A stretch of DNA of 64,000 bases from Bdellovibrionota bacterium (GTDB lineage: Bacteria > Bdellovibrionota_G > JALEGL01 > DATDPG01). The stretch covers positions 2,784,001-2,848,000 of the forward strand of contig OY764265.1 in the NCBI GenBank assembly GCA_963668355.1, written 5' to 3'. Made by a program: the position numbers and the translations under genes. Position 1 is the stretch's first letter, and each line of letters opens with the position of its first letter. This document shows positions 1 through 11,800 of this stretch, in pieces. Below the pieces are notes generated by a model. It worked only from the letters and a program-made list of their open reading frames with translations, had not been told where the DNA came from and made no database searches.

Positions 1-246
1 GGGACCCGCCAGGAGAACATCCACACCCATCGAACATAATCCGGAGGCCAAGGCACTCTCGAACATATAGCAAGAAAGTCGCGTGTCTTTTCCCAAAAAA
101 ACCGAATGCCTTCCTCCATTTCGATGACGAAACACGCACGCGGCCGCACGCCCCACCCTCAAAATCGTGTCTACACACATGGGTTCCACATTGGCTTTGC
201 CACGAATGCCATCTGTACCGAACAACTTTCTCTTTTTTGATTCCAT
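1..246 (-). CDS. glmM: Phosphoglucosamine mutase, N-terminal part (runs off window)
   Basis: Hand translation [22 protein letters not shown]...[18 protein letters not shown]; follows cdaA-cdaR; not in ORF track. Confidence 0.93.
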   Translation of the reverse strand, partial: MESKKRKLFGTDGIRGKANVEPMCVDTILRVGRAAACVFRHRNGGRHSVFLGKDTRLSCYMFESALASGLCSMGVDVLLAGP

Positions 247-253
247 CAGCGAC

Positions 254-1180
254 CTACTTTTTGACATAAACTTGAACGACCTTGGGAATCAACGTTATAC
301 GCACCCCTTCTCGTTCAATTTCCGGCAATCGATAATTGAGGAATTTTCGAACCTTTTTGCTCCGACGCAAAACCTCTGCTTTATCCAATAAAATGCTGAA
401 TTCTTCTTGAGCGACCGTTTTGACTCGACCTGCCGGCCCTTGGATTTTCAACATTACGGAGGCAGGCTCTACACGAAAATGTTTCGTTCCAACAGGCAAA
501 TACACCGGAACATTTTCAAGAATCCGAGAAATGTTTTGTTCTCGAATCTTCACGGAAACGTTTACCTTTCGTTGATCGACCACCCACTTTGGCCGTATGT
601 TTCGAACCGCATACATGTCACTAAATTGGTTATGCCTCCCCACCAAATTGATGGGCTCCGTCGGAAATGATCTCACCCCTGCCAATTCACTTCGAGGACC
701 TTTAATTCTTAGAAATGGAGGGGTCACTTCATATTTTTCAAGCTCATACCCTTCTTCCAACATTCCAACAAAACGAGGCTCGACGCTAATCTTTCTTTCT
801 TCGGCCTCATCCAAATTTACGCGGATGATCTGAGGTGAAATCCGACTGATTCGAGTCCCTCTTGGAATTGAAAAGTCTTCCTCGTACACGGAAAAAGAGT
901 TCACACCTTTTCGCGCATCTGAAAGGTCCAAAACATAGGGTTTAAAAAATCGTTGGTCGATATTCTTTACACGCGTGCGAGGCCCTGCCACACGAAGGTG
1001 GATGAGTTCATCCACGGTACCCGCAATCATGAGCGAGTCGGGAATATTGTTGATCTGAATCCGCACATTCAGACTCGACTCAATATGCTGTTCTTCGTGG
1101 ACCACAAACCACAGGAAAAAAGCCAACGCCACCGAAAAGGTTTTCATCCAGGGATGCTTGGTTACAAAAGCTAACTTCAT
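254..1180 (-). CDS. cdaR: CdaR/YbbR-like regulator of diadenylate cyclase
   Basis: N-terminal TM ([12 protein letters not shown]), repeated YbbR-like segments (VxGPR); ATG at 1180 overlaps cdaA stop; ORF track start 1228. Confidence 0.85.
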   Translation of the reverse strand: MKLAFVTKHPWMKTFSVALAFFLWFVVHEEQHIESSLNVRIQINNIPDSLMIAGTVDELIHLRVAGPRTRVKNIDQRFFKPYVLDLSDARKGVNSFSVYEEDFSIPRGTRISRISPQIIRVNLDEAEERKISVEPRFVGMLEEGYELEKYEVTPPFLRIKGPRSELAGVRSFPTEPINLVGRHNQFSDMYAVRNIRPKWVVDQRKVNVSVKIREQNISRILENVPVYLPVGTKHFRVEPASVMLKIQGPAGRVKTVAQEEFSILLDKAEVLRRSKKVRKFLNYRLPEIEREGVRITLIPKVVQVYVKK

Positions 1181-1995
1181 CCGGCTTTCCTCTGGGTTCG
1201 AAGCATTTGATTCCACAATCGTTTCCAACTTCCACTGGATTGCGGTCGAAAGTAACTCAACAACAGTTTTCGTAACCCCGCACCATCCAATCCGCGCGTG
1301 ATGGAGCCCTCAACAACCACGGAAACCCAACCTTTTTCTTCTGAAACCACGATGACCACGGCATCCGTCTCCTCGGTCAATCCGATGGCCGCCCGATGGC
1401 GAGTTCCAAGCTCTGCATCCACATTGGGATTCATGGTGAGCGGAAGAAACGTTCCAGCCATCGTGATCTTTCCTTTTTGAATCAAGATGGCTCCATCATG
1501 GATGGGTGAAAGCGGCAGGAAAATGCTGGTGATCAACTCTTTGGATGGAATGGCATCCATTCGAAGGCCGACGTCTACATACTCTGAGACATCTGCATTT
1601 CTTTCCAAGACAATTAATGCCCCAATTTTTTTGTTGGCCAGAGACACCGAGGTTTTGACCAACTCTTCGACAATTTCAACATCTTGCGTGGGCACAATCG
1701 ACGAAAAGAATGGCGATCGCCCCACTTGAGTTAAAGCTCTGCGAATGTCATTTTGAAAAATAACCACAACGACCAACAACAAGCTTCCAAAGATGTTGGA
1801 GAGAAGCCAGTTCAACGTGAAGAGTTCTGCAAATGCCGAAAAAACATACACGGCAATCAGCACGAACAAGCCCACCAACATGTATACGGCACGCGTGCCT
1901 CGAATCAATCGAAGCAACCAATAAATGATGAATGCAACAACGACGATATCCAGCAGATCAACAAACCGGAAATCGAAGTTTTGCAATAGTCCCAT
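1177..1995 (-). CDS. cdaA: Diadenylate cyclase CdaA/DacA
   Basis: Three TM segments plus DAC motifs GALIV, HDGA, GTRHRAA. Confidence 0.96.
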   Translation of the reverse strand: MGLLQNFDFRFVDLLDIVVVAFIIYWLLRLIRGTRAVYMLVGLFVLIAVYVFSAFAELFTLNWLLSNIFGSLLLVVVVIFQNDIRRALTQVGRSPFFSSIVPTQDVEIVEELVKTSVSLANKKIGALIVLERNADVSEYVDVGLRMDAIPSKELITSIFLPLSPIHDGAILIQKGKITMAGTFLPLTMNPNVDAELGTRHRAAIGLTEETDAVVIVVSEEKGWVSVVVEGSITRGLDGAGLRKLLLSYFRPQSSGSWKRLWNQMLRTQRKAG

Positions 1996-1997
1996 TC

Positions 1998-3992
1998 CTA
2001 CTCCTTGGTTTCTCCATGAACATCATAACTCATGGCCGGCTCGGGATCACCAACTGGTTTCGAAGAAGTAGATGGAGAGGATGTTTTTTCTCCCACTTTC
2101 GAGCCTTCTTGGTTCTCAGAAGGAGGTGGATCCGAAGGTTTACGAGACAAAGGTTCTCCGGCCACGATCTTTTGAATTTCCTCACCGTCCAGAACCTCAT
2201 ATTCCAAAAGCGCCTCAGCCAAACGATCCAAGGCCTCTCGCTCTTCGACCAAGATCGTCTTGCCTCGTTCGTAACATCGGTTCACCAGGTCTTTGATTTC
2301 CTGATCAATGATCCGGGCTGTCTCTTCGCTATAATTGGCTTTCCGGTGCATTTCGCGGGCCAGGAAAATCTCGTCGTCTTTTGAAGCAAAGGACAACGGT
2401 CCAAGTTTCTCACTCATGCCCCATTCACAAATCATCTTTCGAGCCAACTCAGTGGCCTTTTCAATGTCGTTTCCAGCTCCCGTGGTCCGCCGGTCATATA
2501 CGACTTCCTCCGCGATTCTTCCGCCCATCATGATGGCAATCCGTGTTTCGGCTGCATCTTGCGTCATCGTATATTTATCTTCGGTCGGCATTTGATGCGT
2601 GAGTCCAAGGGCCATGCCTCTCGGGACAATCGTGACCTTATGAACGGGATCCGCACCAGGAATCTTGACTGCGACGAGCGTGTGACCGGCTTCATGATAC
2701 GCCGTCACGCGTTTCTCTTCGTCAGAAATGATCATGCTTCGGCGTTCCTTCCCAAGAAGGATCTTGTCTTTGGCTCTTTCGAAATCAATCATCTCCACTT
2801 TTTTCTTATTGGACCGCGCCGCCAACAAGGCAGATTCATTCACCAGATTTTCTAAATCTGCACCGGCCAAGCCAGCCGTACCCCGCGCGAGCACATCCAA
2901 ATCAACGTCCTCACCCAAAGGGATCTTAGTGGTATGAACCTTTAGAATTCCTTTTCGACCATTGAGATCCGGTCGAGGAACGACGACATGTCGATCAAAT
3001 CTCCCCGGCCGAAGCAGCGCAGGGTCCAACACGTCAGGGCGGTTGGTGGCCGAAATCAAAATCACCCCTTCGTTGGATTCAAAACCATCCATCTCAACCA
3101 AGAGTTGATTGAGGGTCTGTTCCCGTTCGTCATGACCGCCTCCAAGGCCTGCACCTCTATGGCGACCCACGGCATCAATCTCATCAATGAAAATGATGCA
3201 GGGAGCGTTTTTCTTTCCTTGTTCGAATAAATCCCGCACACGCGAAGCACCTACCCCAACAAACATTTCCACAAAGTCTGAACCCGAAATGGAGAAAAAG
3301 GGAACCCCGGCCTCACCTGCAATTGCCCGAGCCAACAAGGTTTTTCCTGTTCCTGGAGCTCCAACCAAAAGAACACCTTTGGGTATGCGCCCTCCCAGCT
3401 TGGTAAACTTTTTGGGGTCCTTCAAAAACTCGATGATCTCCTCAAGTTCTTCCTTGGCTTCATCGATTCCAGCTACATCCTTAAATGTAACCTTTTGCTG
3501 ATTTTGATTGAGAAGCTTGGCGCGCGACTTTCCAAAACTTAGCGCCTTTCCGCCGCCGACTTGGAGTTGCCTCATCAGGAAAAATAAAAAGAAAATCACA
3601 AACAGGAGTGGAAGCCCGGTGAACAAAAGTTGTTGCCAAAACGCAGACTTCTCTTCCGAAAGCGCCGTGAAATCTTTGACCTGGTTCTCTTCCAAGAACT
3701 TGGTAAGTTCGTCTCCCGTGCCCACCCATCGGGTGGTAAACGAATCCGTTTTACGGCTCTTTTCCCGGCCCATGCCATTTTCAGTCACATTGCGAGGTTG
3801 GACATACTTACCTCGAATGTTTTCACCTTGTATTTCGAGAGAAGCAATCTGCCCAGATCGAACGCGTTCACGAAACACACTATATGGAATTTCCTCGGGT
3901 TGAGGGGTAGCCATTCGACTGATCGATTGAGCCACCATCAAGGCCATCACAGCCAACAAAACCCATAGAATTACACTTCGACCAAACTTCAA
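1998..3992 (-). CDS. ftsH: ATP-dependent zinc metalloprotease FtsH
   Basis: Two TMs, Walker [23 protein letters not shown] start with AGGAGG SD. Confidence 0.98.
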   Translation of the reverse strand: MKFGRSVILWVLLAVMALMVAQSISRMATPQPEEIPYSVFRERVRSGQIASLEIQGENIRGKYVQPRNVTENGMGREKSRKTDSFTTRWVGTGDELTKFLEENQVKDFTALSEEKSAFWQQLLFTGLPLLFVIFFLFFLMRQLQVGGGKALSFGKSRAKLLNQNQQKVTFKDVAGIDEAKEELEEIIEFLKDPKKFTKLGGRIPKGVLLVGAPGTGKTLLARAIAGEAGVPFFSISGSDFVEMFVGVGASRVRDLFEQGKKNAPCIIFIDEIDAVGRHRGAGLGGGHDEREQTLNQLLVEMDGFESNEGVILISATNRPDVLDPALLRPGRFDRHVVVPRPDLNGRKGILKVHTTKIPLGEDVDLDVLARGTAGLAGADLENLVNESALLAARSNKKKVEMIDFERAKDKILLGKERRSMIISDEEKRVTAYHEAGHTLVAVKIPGADPVHKVTIVPRGMALGLTHQMPTEDKYTMTQDAAETRIAIMMGGRIAEEVVYDRRTTGAGNDIEKATELARKMICEWGMSEKLGPLSFASKDDEIFLAREMHRKANYSEETARIIDQEIKDLVNRCYERGKTILVEEREALDRLAEALLEYEVLDGEEIQKIVAGEPLSRKPSDPPPSENQEGSKVGEKTSSPSTSSKPVGDPEPAMSYDVHGETKE

Positions 3993-4108
3993 GGGACCTC
4001 CTATAATAGTATTCTTTTCTTATTCATTTCTTGTTCAGACAAAAGGCGTGGCATTATGCCATAAGTGGCTGATATATAAAGGAGCCTTTTAAGTCTAGAG
4101 GGGGACCC

Positions 4109-5083
4109 TCAAATTCGCTCTTTTAAACTCAGCGCCAACACCTCATCTCGGCGAACCGCAACCACACTGGACGGCAGCTCCAGAACACGCAAAACACCAC
4201 CCGTCATGATCAAATGATCCAAGGCCGCCAAACTCTTCCGATGTAACGCGCCGTGTTGGTTTGCGATTTTTTTAAAGGCGTTTTGAAGGACCTGGTATCG
4301 AACCACCACGGGAGCTTTTCTCAGTATCACTGCCGAATACGTATTCTCAGCCAGTGTCGCAGACGCCCTCCAATGATCGGCCTCCTCTTCCATAAATTCC
4401 ACCGCTCGTGAGGCGGACTCTCCCAAAGCGCAAAGATGCTCCGCCAGCCGAGGGTTAAATTCTTTTTCCAACAACGGAATCAGTTGATTTCGAAGAAAGT
4501 TTCGCCGGTAGTAGTTTTCTACATTGGAAGAGTCCTTAATATAAGGCAAGTCGCAAGTTTGAACTTCTTCCTCAATCTCCTTCCGAGAGGTCGTCAACAT
4601 GGGGTGAAGCCATAAAGGAGGCCGAAAGATGGAGATTCCCCCCAAGCCTTTTAAATCGGCCCCGCCCAACATTCGAAACAACACCGTCTCTGCTTGATCA
4701 TCCCTTTGGTGCGCCAACGCAATATAGGAGGCCCCCACCTCCTTGGCCAGGTGCTCTAATGTCCCGAGACGTTTCTCTCTCAATAAGCTCTCCGACACTT
4801 CCTGAGAGGGTAGAAAAGACAGGTGAGCCACGTGAAAGGGAAGATCATGTTGATGAGCCAGTTTTTCCGCCACCGCAGCATCTCGGTCCGCCTCCTCCCC
4901 ACGAACTCCGTGATGAATATGTGCCGCCACCAACTCCGGCCCTCCCCGATCCCGCCAATCGGATAAAATATGGGCCAAGACCGCCGAGTCCATGCCGCCG
5001 GAAACACCCACCAACAATCGGGATTCTTTAGCATCGGCAACAGATTGCTCGATTGCTCGGCGAACTCGTCGTAGAATGGACAA
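4109..5083 (-). CDS. tilS: tRNA(Ile)-lysidine synthetase
   Basis: VGVSGGMDS PP-loop, AHQRDDQAETV, DSSN..RRNFLR; upstream of ftsH; start uncertain (track 5164). Confidence 0.93.
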   Translation of the reverse strand: MSILRRVRRAIEQSVADAKESRLLVGVSGGMDSAVLAHILSDWRDRGGPELVAAHIHHGVRGEEADRDAAVAEKLAHQHDLPFHVAHLSFLPSQEVSESLLREKRLGTLEHLAKEVGASYIALAHQRDDQAETVLFRMLGGADLKGLGGISIFRPPLWLHPMLTTSRKEIEEEVQTCDLPYIKDSSNVENYYRRNFLRNQLIPLLEKEFNPRLAEHLCALGESASRAVEFMEEEADHWRASATLAENTYSAVILRKAPVVVRYQVLQNAFKKIANQHGALHRKSLAALDHLIMTGGVLRVLELPSSVVAVRRDEVLALSLKERI

Positions 5084-6295
5084 ATGAACGCGGGAATGGC
5101 CTTTGGTTTTGTGAGTTGGGGCCTGGTCGCTTGGATCAGTTACGTTAATGTCGAACCCGTCCATTTCGTTTTGCTCTATAGCACGGCTGGTCTCTCCATG
5201 CTATTGGCCTTCGCCTTCTTAAAGAAGGTTTCCTTGCCAACCCGCATGCAAAAAGGAATTCTAGGGATCTCTTTACTAGGCTTCTTATTCTTAGTGCCTT
5301 CTACCCCTTCATATGACAATGATCTTTACCGATACGTCTGGGATGGAAAAGTCACCCTTGAACGCGGACATCCCTACGGAATTGCCCCATCCGATTATCG
5401 CCTCATCCACTTGCGAGATGACGATTTTTCTCAAATTGGTTTTCGAAACACGCCCACGGTTTATCCACCCGTCGCCGAGTTGGCCTTTTTTCTGTCGGCT
5501 TTGGCAGGAAAGATGGCCCCTTACTTTCTAAAGCTTATTCTTCTCTTGGCTCATGCCGCTCTCTTAATGGGAATTCAAAGAATCCTTCAATCTCGCAAGA
5601 TGCATTTTAGTTGGATTCTTCTTTACGCCTGGAACCCCATCCTATGGAAAGAGTTTGCGAACAGTGGACACATTGACCTTCTGGGTGTGGCCTTCCTGTT
5701 TTACGGCCTTCTGCTGGCTCGAAAGAAAAAAACTCAAACCCTTCTCCTTCTATTGGCCTCAGGAATCAAACCCATTGCAGCTTTGTCGTTCTTCCTCATT
5801 TGGCAACCCCATATTTTGGGTGCGTTGCTTTTGTTTGGGGGAGTCTGTTTCTGGAACCTGCCCGAAGTGTTCCAAGGAATCTCACAATTTGCGAGATTCT
5901 GGGTTTTTTACCCTTTTCTGTTTGAACCCTTAACCTGGTTCTCAAAAATCCTCACAGGAACGGAGCAATGGGCTCGATGGATAGCGTGGGTCCCGGTTTT
6001 TCTCGTTTTGTCGATCTCAAACCGAATCTCGCAAAAACCTTCGGTCCGGTGGACCCTGGTGTTTTTGGCCTGGCTCTTTTTCTCCCCAACCATCAATCCC
6101 TGGTATGCGATCTGGGTGATTCCTTTTTGGCTTTTGGAAGCACGAATGGGTCTTGCGACCTTGTCCATTTTTTTGATTCCTTCTTATCTCTATTACGAAA
6201 ACCAAACTGACCCAGTTTTTGTCCGTTGGGTTTCTTTTTTCCTTCTTTCATGCAAACTGATTTGGGAAGAATTCTTCTTTAATTTCAAGAAATAA
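5084..6295 (+). CDS. Polytopic membrane glycosyltransferase (GT-C/GT87-like)
   Basis: DLYRYVWDG, YPP, YAWNP..E.A.SGH.D, PTINPWY motifs; many TM segments; start uncertain. Confidence 0.75.
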   Translation: MNAGMAFGFVSWGLVAWISYVNVEPVHFVLLYSTAGLSMLLAFAFLKKVSLPTRMQKGILGISLLGFLFLVPSTPSYDNDLYRYVWDGKVTLERGHPYGIAPSDYRLIHLRDDDFSQIGFRNTPTVYPPVAELAFFLSALAGKMAPYFLKLILLLAHAALLMGIQRILQSRKMHFSWILLYAWNPILWKEFANSGHIDLLGVAFLFYGLLLARKKKTQTLLLLLASGIKPIAALSFFLIWQPHILGALLLFGGVCFWNLPEVFQGISQFARFWVFYPFLFEPLTWFSKILTGTEQWARWIAWVPVFLVLSISNRISQKPSVRWTLVFLAWLFFSPTINPWYAIWVIPFWLLEARMGLATLSIFLIPSYLYYENQTDPVFVRWVSFFLLSCKLIWEEFFFNFKK

Positions 6296-6481
6296 GCTTT
6301 GGATAAGTTTGAAACCGGGAACCTTTTGTTCTAATATTATCGAACAGATACTTATGATTAACGTATCGAACTTGAACAGGTTGTCTGAAATTTATCGTAA
6401 AGAATCAGAAATCTTTGAGAAAGAGTGGTTACAAAAACTTTCTCTCGAACGTTTAACCTTTTAGCGGTGAGTGATTTCCAT

Positions 6482-7252
6482 ATGAAACGAAAATTGAATT
6501 TCTCATTCTGCCAGAACCATCTTGTGATCGCAGTCGTTGCCTTTGCTCTGGCCATTCCCTCCTCAGCTTTGGCCAAAGCGAAAAACAAAGAAAAACCCAA
6601 GGAAGCTTCCACAATCGGTGAATACACCAAGGATGGCGTGGATGTGGTCCAAGGTCGTGTTTTTCGAAAAAGAGGTCGCCACGAATTCTCTTTGATGGGA
6701 GGCGTCATTCCCAACAACCAATTCCTCATGTTTGAAACCCTTGAGGCACGTTACGCTTACCATTTCAGAGAGGGAATTGCGTTCGAGGTTTCTGGAACCA
6801 AAGCGTGGAGCCAGGAAAAGGCCATTTTGGAAGACTTGGCGACGATTCCTTGCCCCTCCCCAAACTCAGACTTAGATGGAGATGGCAATCCTGAACCCGG
6901 AGGGATTTGTCCTGTAACCCTTCAAGATCAACCTGATCCCGTGGGATATTCCTATTTTGGCAATCTCATCTGGTCGCCGATTTATGGAAAGTTTGCTCTA
7001 TTCTCCAAGAAAATTCTGCACTTCGATATTTACATTCTGGCCGGCGCGGGCATGTTCGACAATCAACGTTCACGACGGTTTGCGTTTGACGTTGGTTTCG
7101 GAACCCGAATTTTTGTCAATGATTGGTTTGCGGTTCGCGCGGAGTTCAAGAACATCACGGTTCGAGAAGAAGCACCTTTTTCCCATATCGTACACAATCG
7201 ATCATTTGGCTTAGGTGTCTCGTTCTTCCTCCCCACTTCTTCGAGGGATTAA
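6482..7252 (+). CDS. Outer-membrane beta-barrel, GltA/GltB-like
   Basis: Signal peptide, VVQGRVFRKRGRHE, WSPIYGK, ILHFDIY, C-terminal GVSFFLP; first gene of glt-like cluster. Confidence 0.8.
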   Translation: MKRKLNFSFCQNHLVIAVVAFALAIPSSALAKAKNKEKPKEASTIGEYTKDGVDVVQGRVFRKRGRHEFSLMGGVIPNNQFLMFETLEARYAYHFREGIAFEVSGTKAWSQEKAILEDLATIPCPSPNSDLDGDGNPEPGGICPVTLQDQPDPVGYSYFGNLIWSPIYGKFALFSKKILHFDIYILAGAGMFDNQRSRRFAFDVGFGTRIFVNDWFAVRAEFKNITVREEAPFSHIVHNRSFGLGVSFFLPTSSRD

Positions 7253-7256
7253 TGTC

Positions 7257-8894
7257 ATGAAGATCCACCAAATCATCCTCAGCACATCTCTCGTGTTCAC
7301 ATTGGTGGCTTCGGGATGTGCTTCAAAGTCAAACGTCATCGAGTTTGACCAAAAACTCGACACCCGAATTCAGGGAGATTTGGCGAAACGGCAACAGCTC
7401 GTCAAAGGCAATCCTCTATATATGCAGTTGGTTGCCGATCTCAATCAGGGAAGAAACTATCTTCTTTCGGGTCAATCTTCGCAGGCCTTTAAAGCCTTCG
7501 ACAAAATCTTGGCCAATACGCGCTACACCAACTACCCAGAATACTCCTACGCGAAATACTATATCGCCAATGCGCTCTATGACATGGGCGTAGATTATGG
7601 TGCCCTTTTGTATTTTGTGGACATCGTTCGCAAAGAACCTTTACGAACCCACACCCATGAATCGCTTCGGCGAGCCATTGCGATTGCCCAAAAACTAAAA
7701 GACGACGAACTGATTCTCTATTTGGCATCTTCGATTTCGCGAAAAAAAGTACCAAAATCCCTGCGCGAGGAATTCCGATATTTCTTGGCCAAAGCTCTCT
7801 ACAAAAAGAGACAATTTCGAAAAGCCACAAAATTGTTGAAAGAAATTTCTTCGAAAAACCGGCTTTACTTCGCCTCCAGATATTTGCTTGGAGCCATTTC
7901 TGTAGAGCGGCGTCATTTAAAAACCGCCACCCGACATTTCAGAACCATCTCAGATTACAGCGGGTCCGAGATGTATTACGAACACCTGAGAATTACGCAG
8001 CTCGCCAATTTGGCTTTGGGTCGGATTTATTATGAGCAAAAGATTTATCCCCTCTCCATTGCCTACTACAAAAAAGTTAAGAGAGATGGTGAGTTCTACC
8101 CGATGGCTCTGTATGAATCCTCTTGGGCCTTATTCAAGCTCAACAAATTCAACGAAGCTTTGTCGGTTTTGCATTCATTAAATAGTCCGTTCTTTGAACA
8201 AGTTTATTTTCTCAAATCACACTTGCTTCGTGGAGCCATTTTATTGGAGCTCTGCCTATACGAAGAGGCGGTGGAAAGCTTGACCATTTTGGAAAAACGC
8301 TTTGGCAAGCTCGGAAGACAAATTGATCGATTTGCAAAACAAGCCAAAGTTCCGCAGGACTACTATCCTATTCTAACGAAGTATGAAGCCATCCGAGCCG
8401 GGGGAGAGCCCAAATTCAGATTTTTGGAGCTGTTCAAATTGGCTGCGGCCAATCGAGATTTTTTGGGGCTGCACCGATACATTGAACGGCTGGATCGAGA
8501 GCAAGAAACGCTTAAGGACCTTGGAACCGGAAGAGCTCGTCTCCTCCAAAAGCTTCTGGCTCAAAAAGAAACCGAGCTGGTCGCGAAGGCCTCTTTCTTA
8601 TCGGGAAAGAAACTGCTCTTAACTCGACAATTGATTGCCGATTTTGTGGGCCTCAAAGATGTGATTCGCTTTGAGATTGTCAGTGCCGAACGAAAAATTC
8701 TTCAAAAACGATCTTTGGGATTGGCTCCCCCCGTCATTGGTGACCAGGATCTGATCAAACCCGAATTTACAGATAGCCTACGCGAAAGTCTGATTTGGTG
8801 GGATTGGAATGGAGAGTATTGGCGAGATGAGGTTGGCTTTTATCTAATGAATCTTCAAAGCCGATGCAAAGACCGAGGAGAAAGCGCAAAATGA
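7257..8894 (+). CDS. gltC: GltC-like TPR (lipo)protein
   Basis: Lipobox LVASGC, TPR repeats, C-terminal WxWNGEYWRDEVGFY...SRC motif. Confidence 0.72.
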   Translation: MKIHQIILSTSLVFTLVASGCASKSNVIEFDQKLDTRIQGDLAKRQQLVKGNPLYMQLVADLNQGRNYLLSGQSSQAFKAFDKILANTRYTNYPEYSYAKYYIANALYDMGVDYGALLYFVDIVRKEPLRTHTHESLRRAIAIAQKLKDDELILYLASSISRKKVPKSLREEFRYFLAKALYKKRQFRKATKLLKEISSKNRLYFASRYLLGAISVERRHLKTATRHFRTISDYSGSEMYYEHLRITQLANLALGRIYYEQKIYPLSIAYYKKVKRDGEFYPMALYESSWALFKLNKFNEALSVLHSLNSPFFEQVYFLKSHLLRGAILLELCLYEEAVESLTILEKRFGKLGRQIDRFAKQAKVPQDYYPILTKYEAIRAGGEPKFRFLELFKLAAANRDFLGLHRYIERLDREQETLKDLGTGRARLLQKLLAQKETELVAKASFLSGKKLLLTRQLIADFVGLKDVIRFEIVSAERKILQKRSLGLAPPVIGDQDLIKPEFTDSLRESLIWWDWNGEYWRDEVGFYLMNLQSRCKDRGESAK

Positions 8895-11800
8895 GATTTT
8901 GGATTGGATTCCTTCTAGCGATATCGCTGGCCTCAACGGGCTTGGCTCAGAATCGAACTCTGGGAAAACGTACGGGAAGTAGAAGTTTCGAACGTTTTGA
9001 AGCTTTTTCTGTGCCTCAAGAGCGAGTCAGCGCCGCCTTGCAAAACAAAATCAATGAAGAGATTCGCCTCCTGAGGGGCATCGTAAAAAAACGAAAAAAT
9101 CCAAATTCTCGCGCAGAAATCTTGTTCCGAATTGGTGAGCTTTACTGGACCTTGGATCGCTCCGTCTATTTTGAGGAGATGGAGGAGTACAATAAGAAGT
9201 TGGACGCTTTCCTTGCAGGAAGAACCAAGAGAGAACCCAAAGAGCCGAAATTCCGAGGAGATCGTTCCTATAAAATTTACAAAGCCATCATTAAAGCCGC
9301 TCCGAAATATGAACGCAGAGATGAGGTTTTATTCTTGGCAGGATATGTGGGCCTTCAATTGGGGGACAATGATGCCCTGAAGTACTTCAAGGAAGTGACC
9401 CAAAAATACAAACGCAGCAAATTTCGCTTGGATGCGTATATGGAGTTGGGGAATCACTACTTCTCCAACCGTGAATTTGGAAAAGCCATTACGGCCTACA
9501 AAACAGTTTTACGAGAGCCCAGCAAAATCTACAACTTCGCCCTCTACAAACTCTCCTGGTGCTACTACAACCAAGGAAAAGTTCGTTCCGCCATGTCCGT
9601 CATGCAAAAGGTTGTGAAGGCTTCCAAGGGAGTTCGGTATGAAATCGAGTTGAGGGAAGAAGCCCTTCGTGACTTGGTCGTGTTTTATTCGGATTTGGGT
9701 TTGATCAACCAAGCCCTCACCTATTTCAATTCGATCAACGAGCCTGAATATGGAATCAAAGTTCTGTCCATTCTGGCCAATATTTACTTCGAACAAAGTC
9801 GCTATAAAAAAGCCATCGCCACCATTCGAAAGCTGCTGAGTTTACGTCCGCACGACGAAAAAGCTCCCAACCAACACTCTCGCCTCATCGAAAGTTACGA
9901 GAAAAGTCAGAATTTGACCCGCGCCATGAAAGAAATGGAGCGGTTCTTAACTGCCTATGAGCCTAAATCTGCTTGGTATAAAAAGAACACGGATGTGGAT
10001 GCCCGAGACTATGCCAACACACGGGCAGAGGTCTATGCGCGTTTCCTTCCGAAAAAATTTCACGAACGAGCCCAGAAACTTGAAAAGTCTGATCCAAAAG
10101 AATCCAAAAGGTTAAAAAACGCTGCCCTGCTTTACTACAAACGTTACCTGGATCGATTTGCAAAACACAAAAACGCATATGATATGCGATTCTTGTATGC
10201 AGAACTTCTATTCCAAGAAAAGCATTATGCCAAAGCCGCCAATCAATTCGGTCTTGTCGTGAAAGCAGACCATCGTGGCCGATATAAAAAAGTCGCCTTG
10301 GTGGGACACATCGATGCGTTAAGTCGTTTGGAAGAAAGTCATTTCAAAGGCCTGAAAAAGCAAGGCATCAAGAAAAAGAATGAATACGAAAAAATCAAAC
10401 TATCCAGCTATGCAAAACGTTTGATCAAAGCCGACGAAACGTATGTGCGATTTTTCCCCAAAGATGCCAAAGTGCCTCACACCCTTCTGCATCGCTCTCA
10501 GCTTTTCTACAACTACAATCATTTTGACCGGGCCCTGCACGGATTCTTCCAAATCGTAGATAAATTTGGTCGTTCTGAGCCATCCATCACGGCGCGACAT
10601 TTAATTTTGGACATCTACAACGTCCGAAAAGATTGGGAAAATTTGGAAAAATGGGCCTCCACATTCCTTCATCATAGTGTGTTTGCGAATGCGGAAAACC
10701 AAGCGTTTCTCCTGAAGCTAATTCAAGGCTCCATCTTTCAGAGAGCCAAAGATCTGGAAGAAAAGAAGAAATATGTACCCGCCGCCGAGATGTATTTGCG
10801 CTTGGCCAACAAATACCCCAAATCTCCCTATGCCGACAAAGCCGTTTTCAATGCGGCTGTGGATTATATCAATGCGGATGCGTCTAAAAAGGCTCGAAAC
10901 ACTGCCCAACGCTTTTTAAGAGAATATCCAAGCTCCAAATTGGTTCCCAAAATGCTCTTGGCTCTTGCGGGCTACTTTGACGATAAATTGGATTATGCCT
11001 ATGCCGCCTATTATTACGAACTTTTGGCGGACAAGGATCCAAAATCCAAAAATGCGGCCGACGCGCTCTACAATGCCGGTTTATATCGTGAACATCTGAA
11101 GCATTATGCCAAAGCCCTTCGAGACTACGACACGTATCTAGAACGTTACAAAAGATCTAAAGATGCCCATCAAATCTACTTCGCCAAGGGTTTGATCTTT
11201 GAAAAGCAGCGCAAATGGTCTGAAGCCATCGAGATTTTCCATAGTTTCCCCCGAAAATATGGAACAAAGGATAAAGCGAAAAACATCGAAGCCTATTTCC
11301 GAAAGGGAAAGGCCTATGACCATCGAAATAAGTATGGAGAGGCATTCAAAGCGTACCGCACGGCGATTTACCTCTTTAACAAGTACAGTAAATCAAGGGG
11401 CTGGGCTTCGGATACGGGTGCAAAGTATGCCGCCCAAGCCAGTTTTGAATTAACCCGAGATGACTACCGAGAATTCCAACGCATCAAATTTCGAATGCCT
11501 CAGCGCCGATTGGCTCGAGCCATTGAGAAAAAAGCACGTCTCCTGAAGCGTCTACGAGAAAAATACTTAAGCGTCATTAATTTCGGAGATGCGGAAATGG
11601 GTGTGGCTGCGCTGTATCATATCGGAAAAATCTACCAGAATTTCAGCCAAGCCCTCTTCAATGCCCCCATTCCCAAAGGCCTGAATATGGAAGAAACACA
11701 GATTTACCAACAAGAATTGGAGAATCGAGCCGCTCCCATTGAAGAGAAAGCGGTTGAGGCTTATGAAAAAGGAATTAAAAAAGCCATGGAGTTAGAGGTT

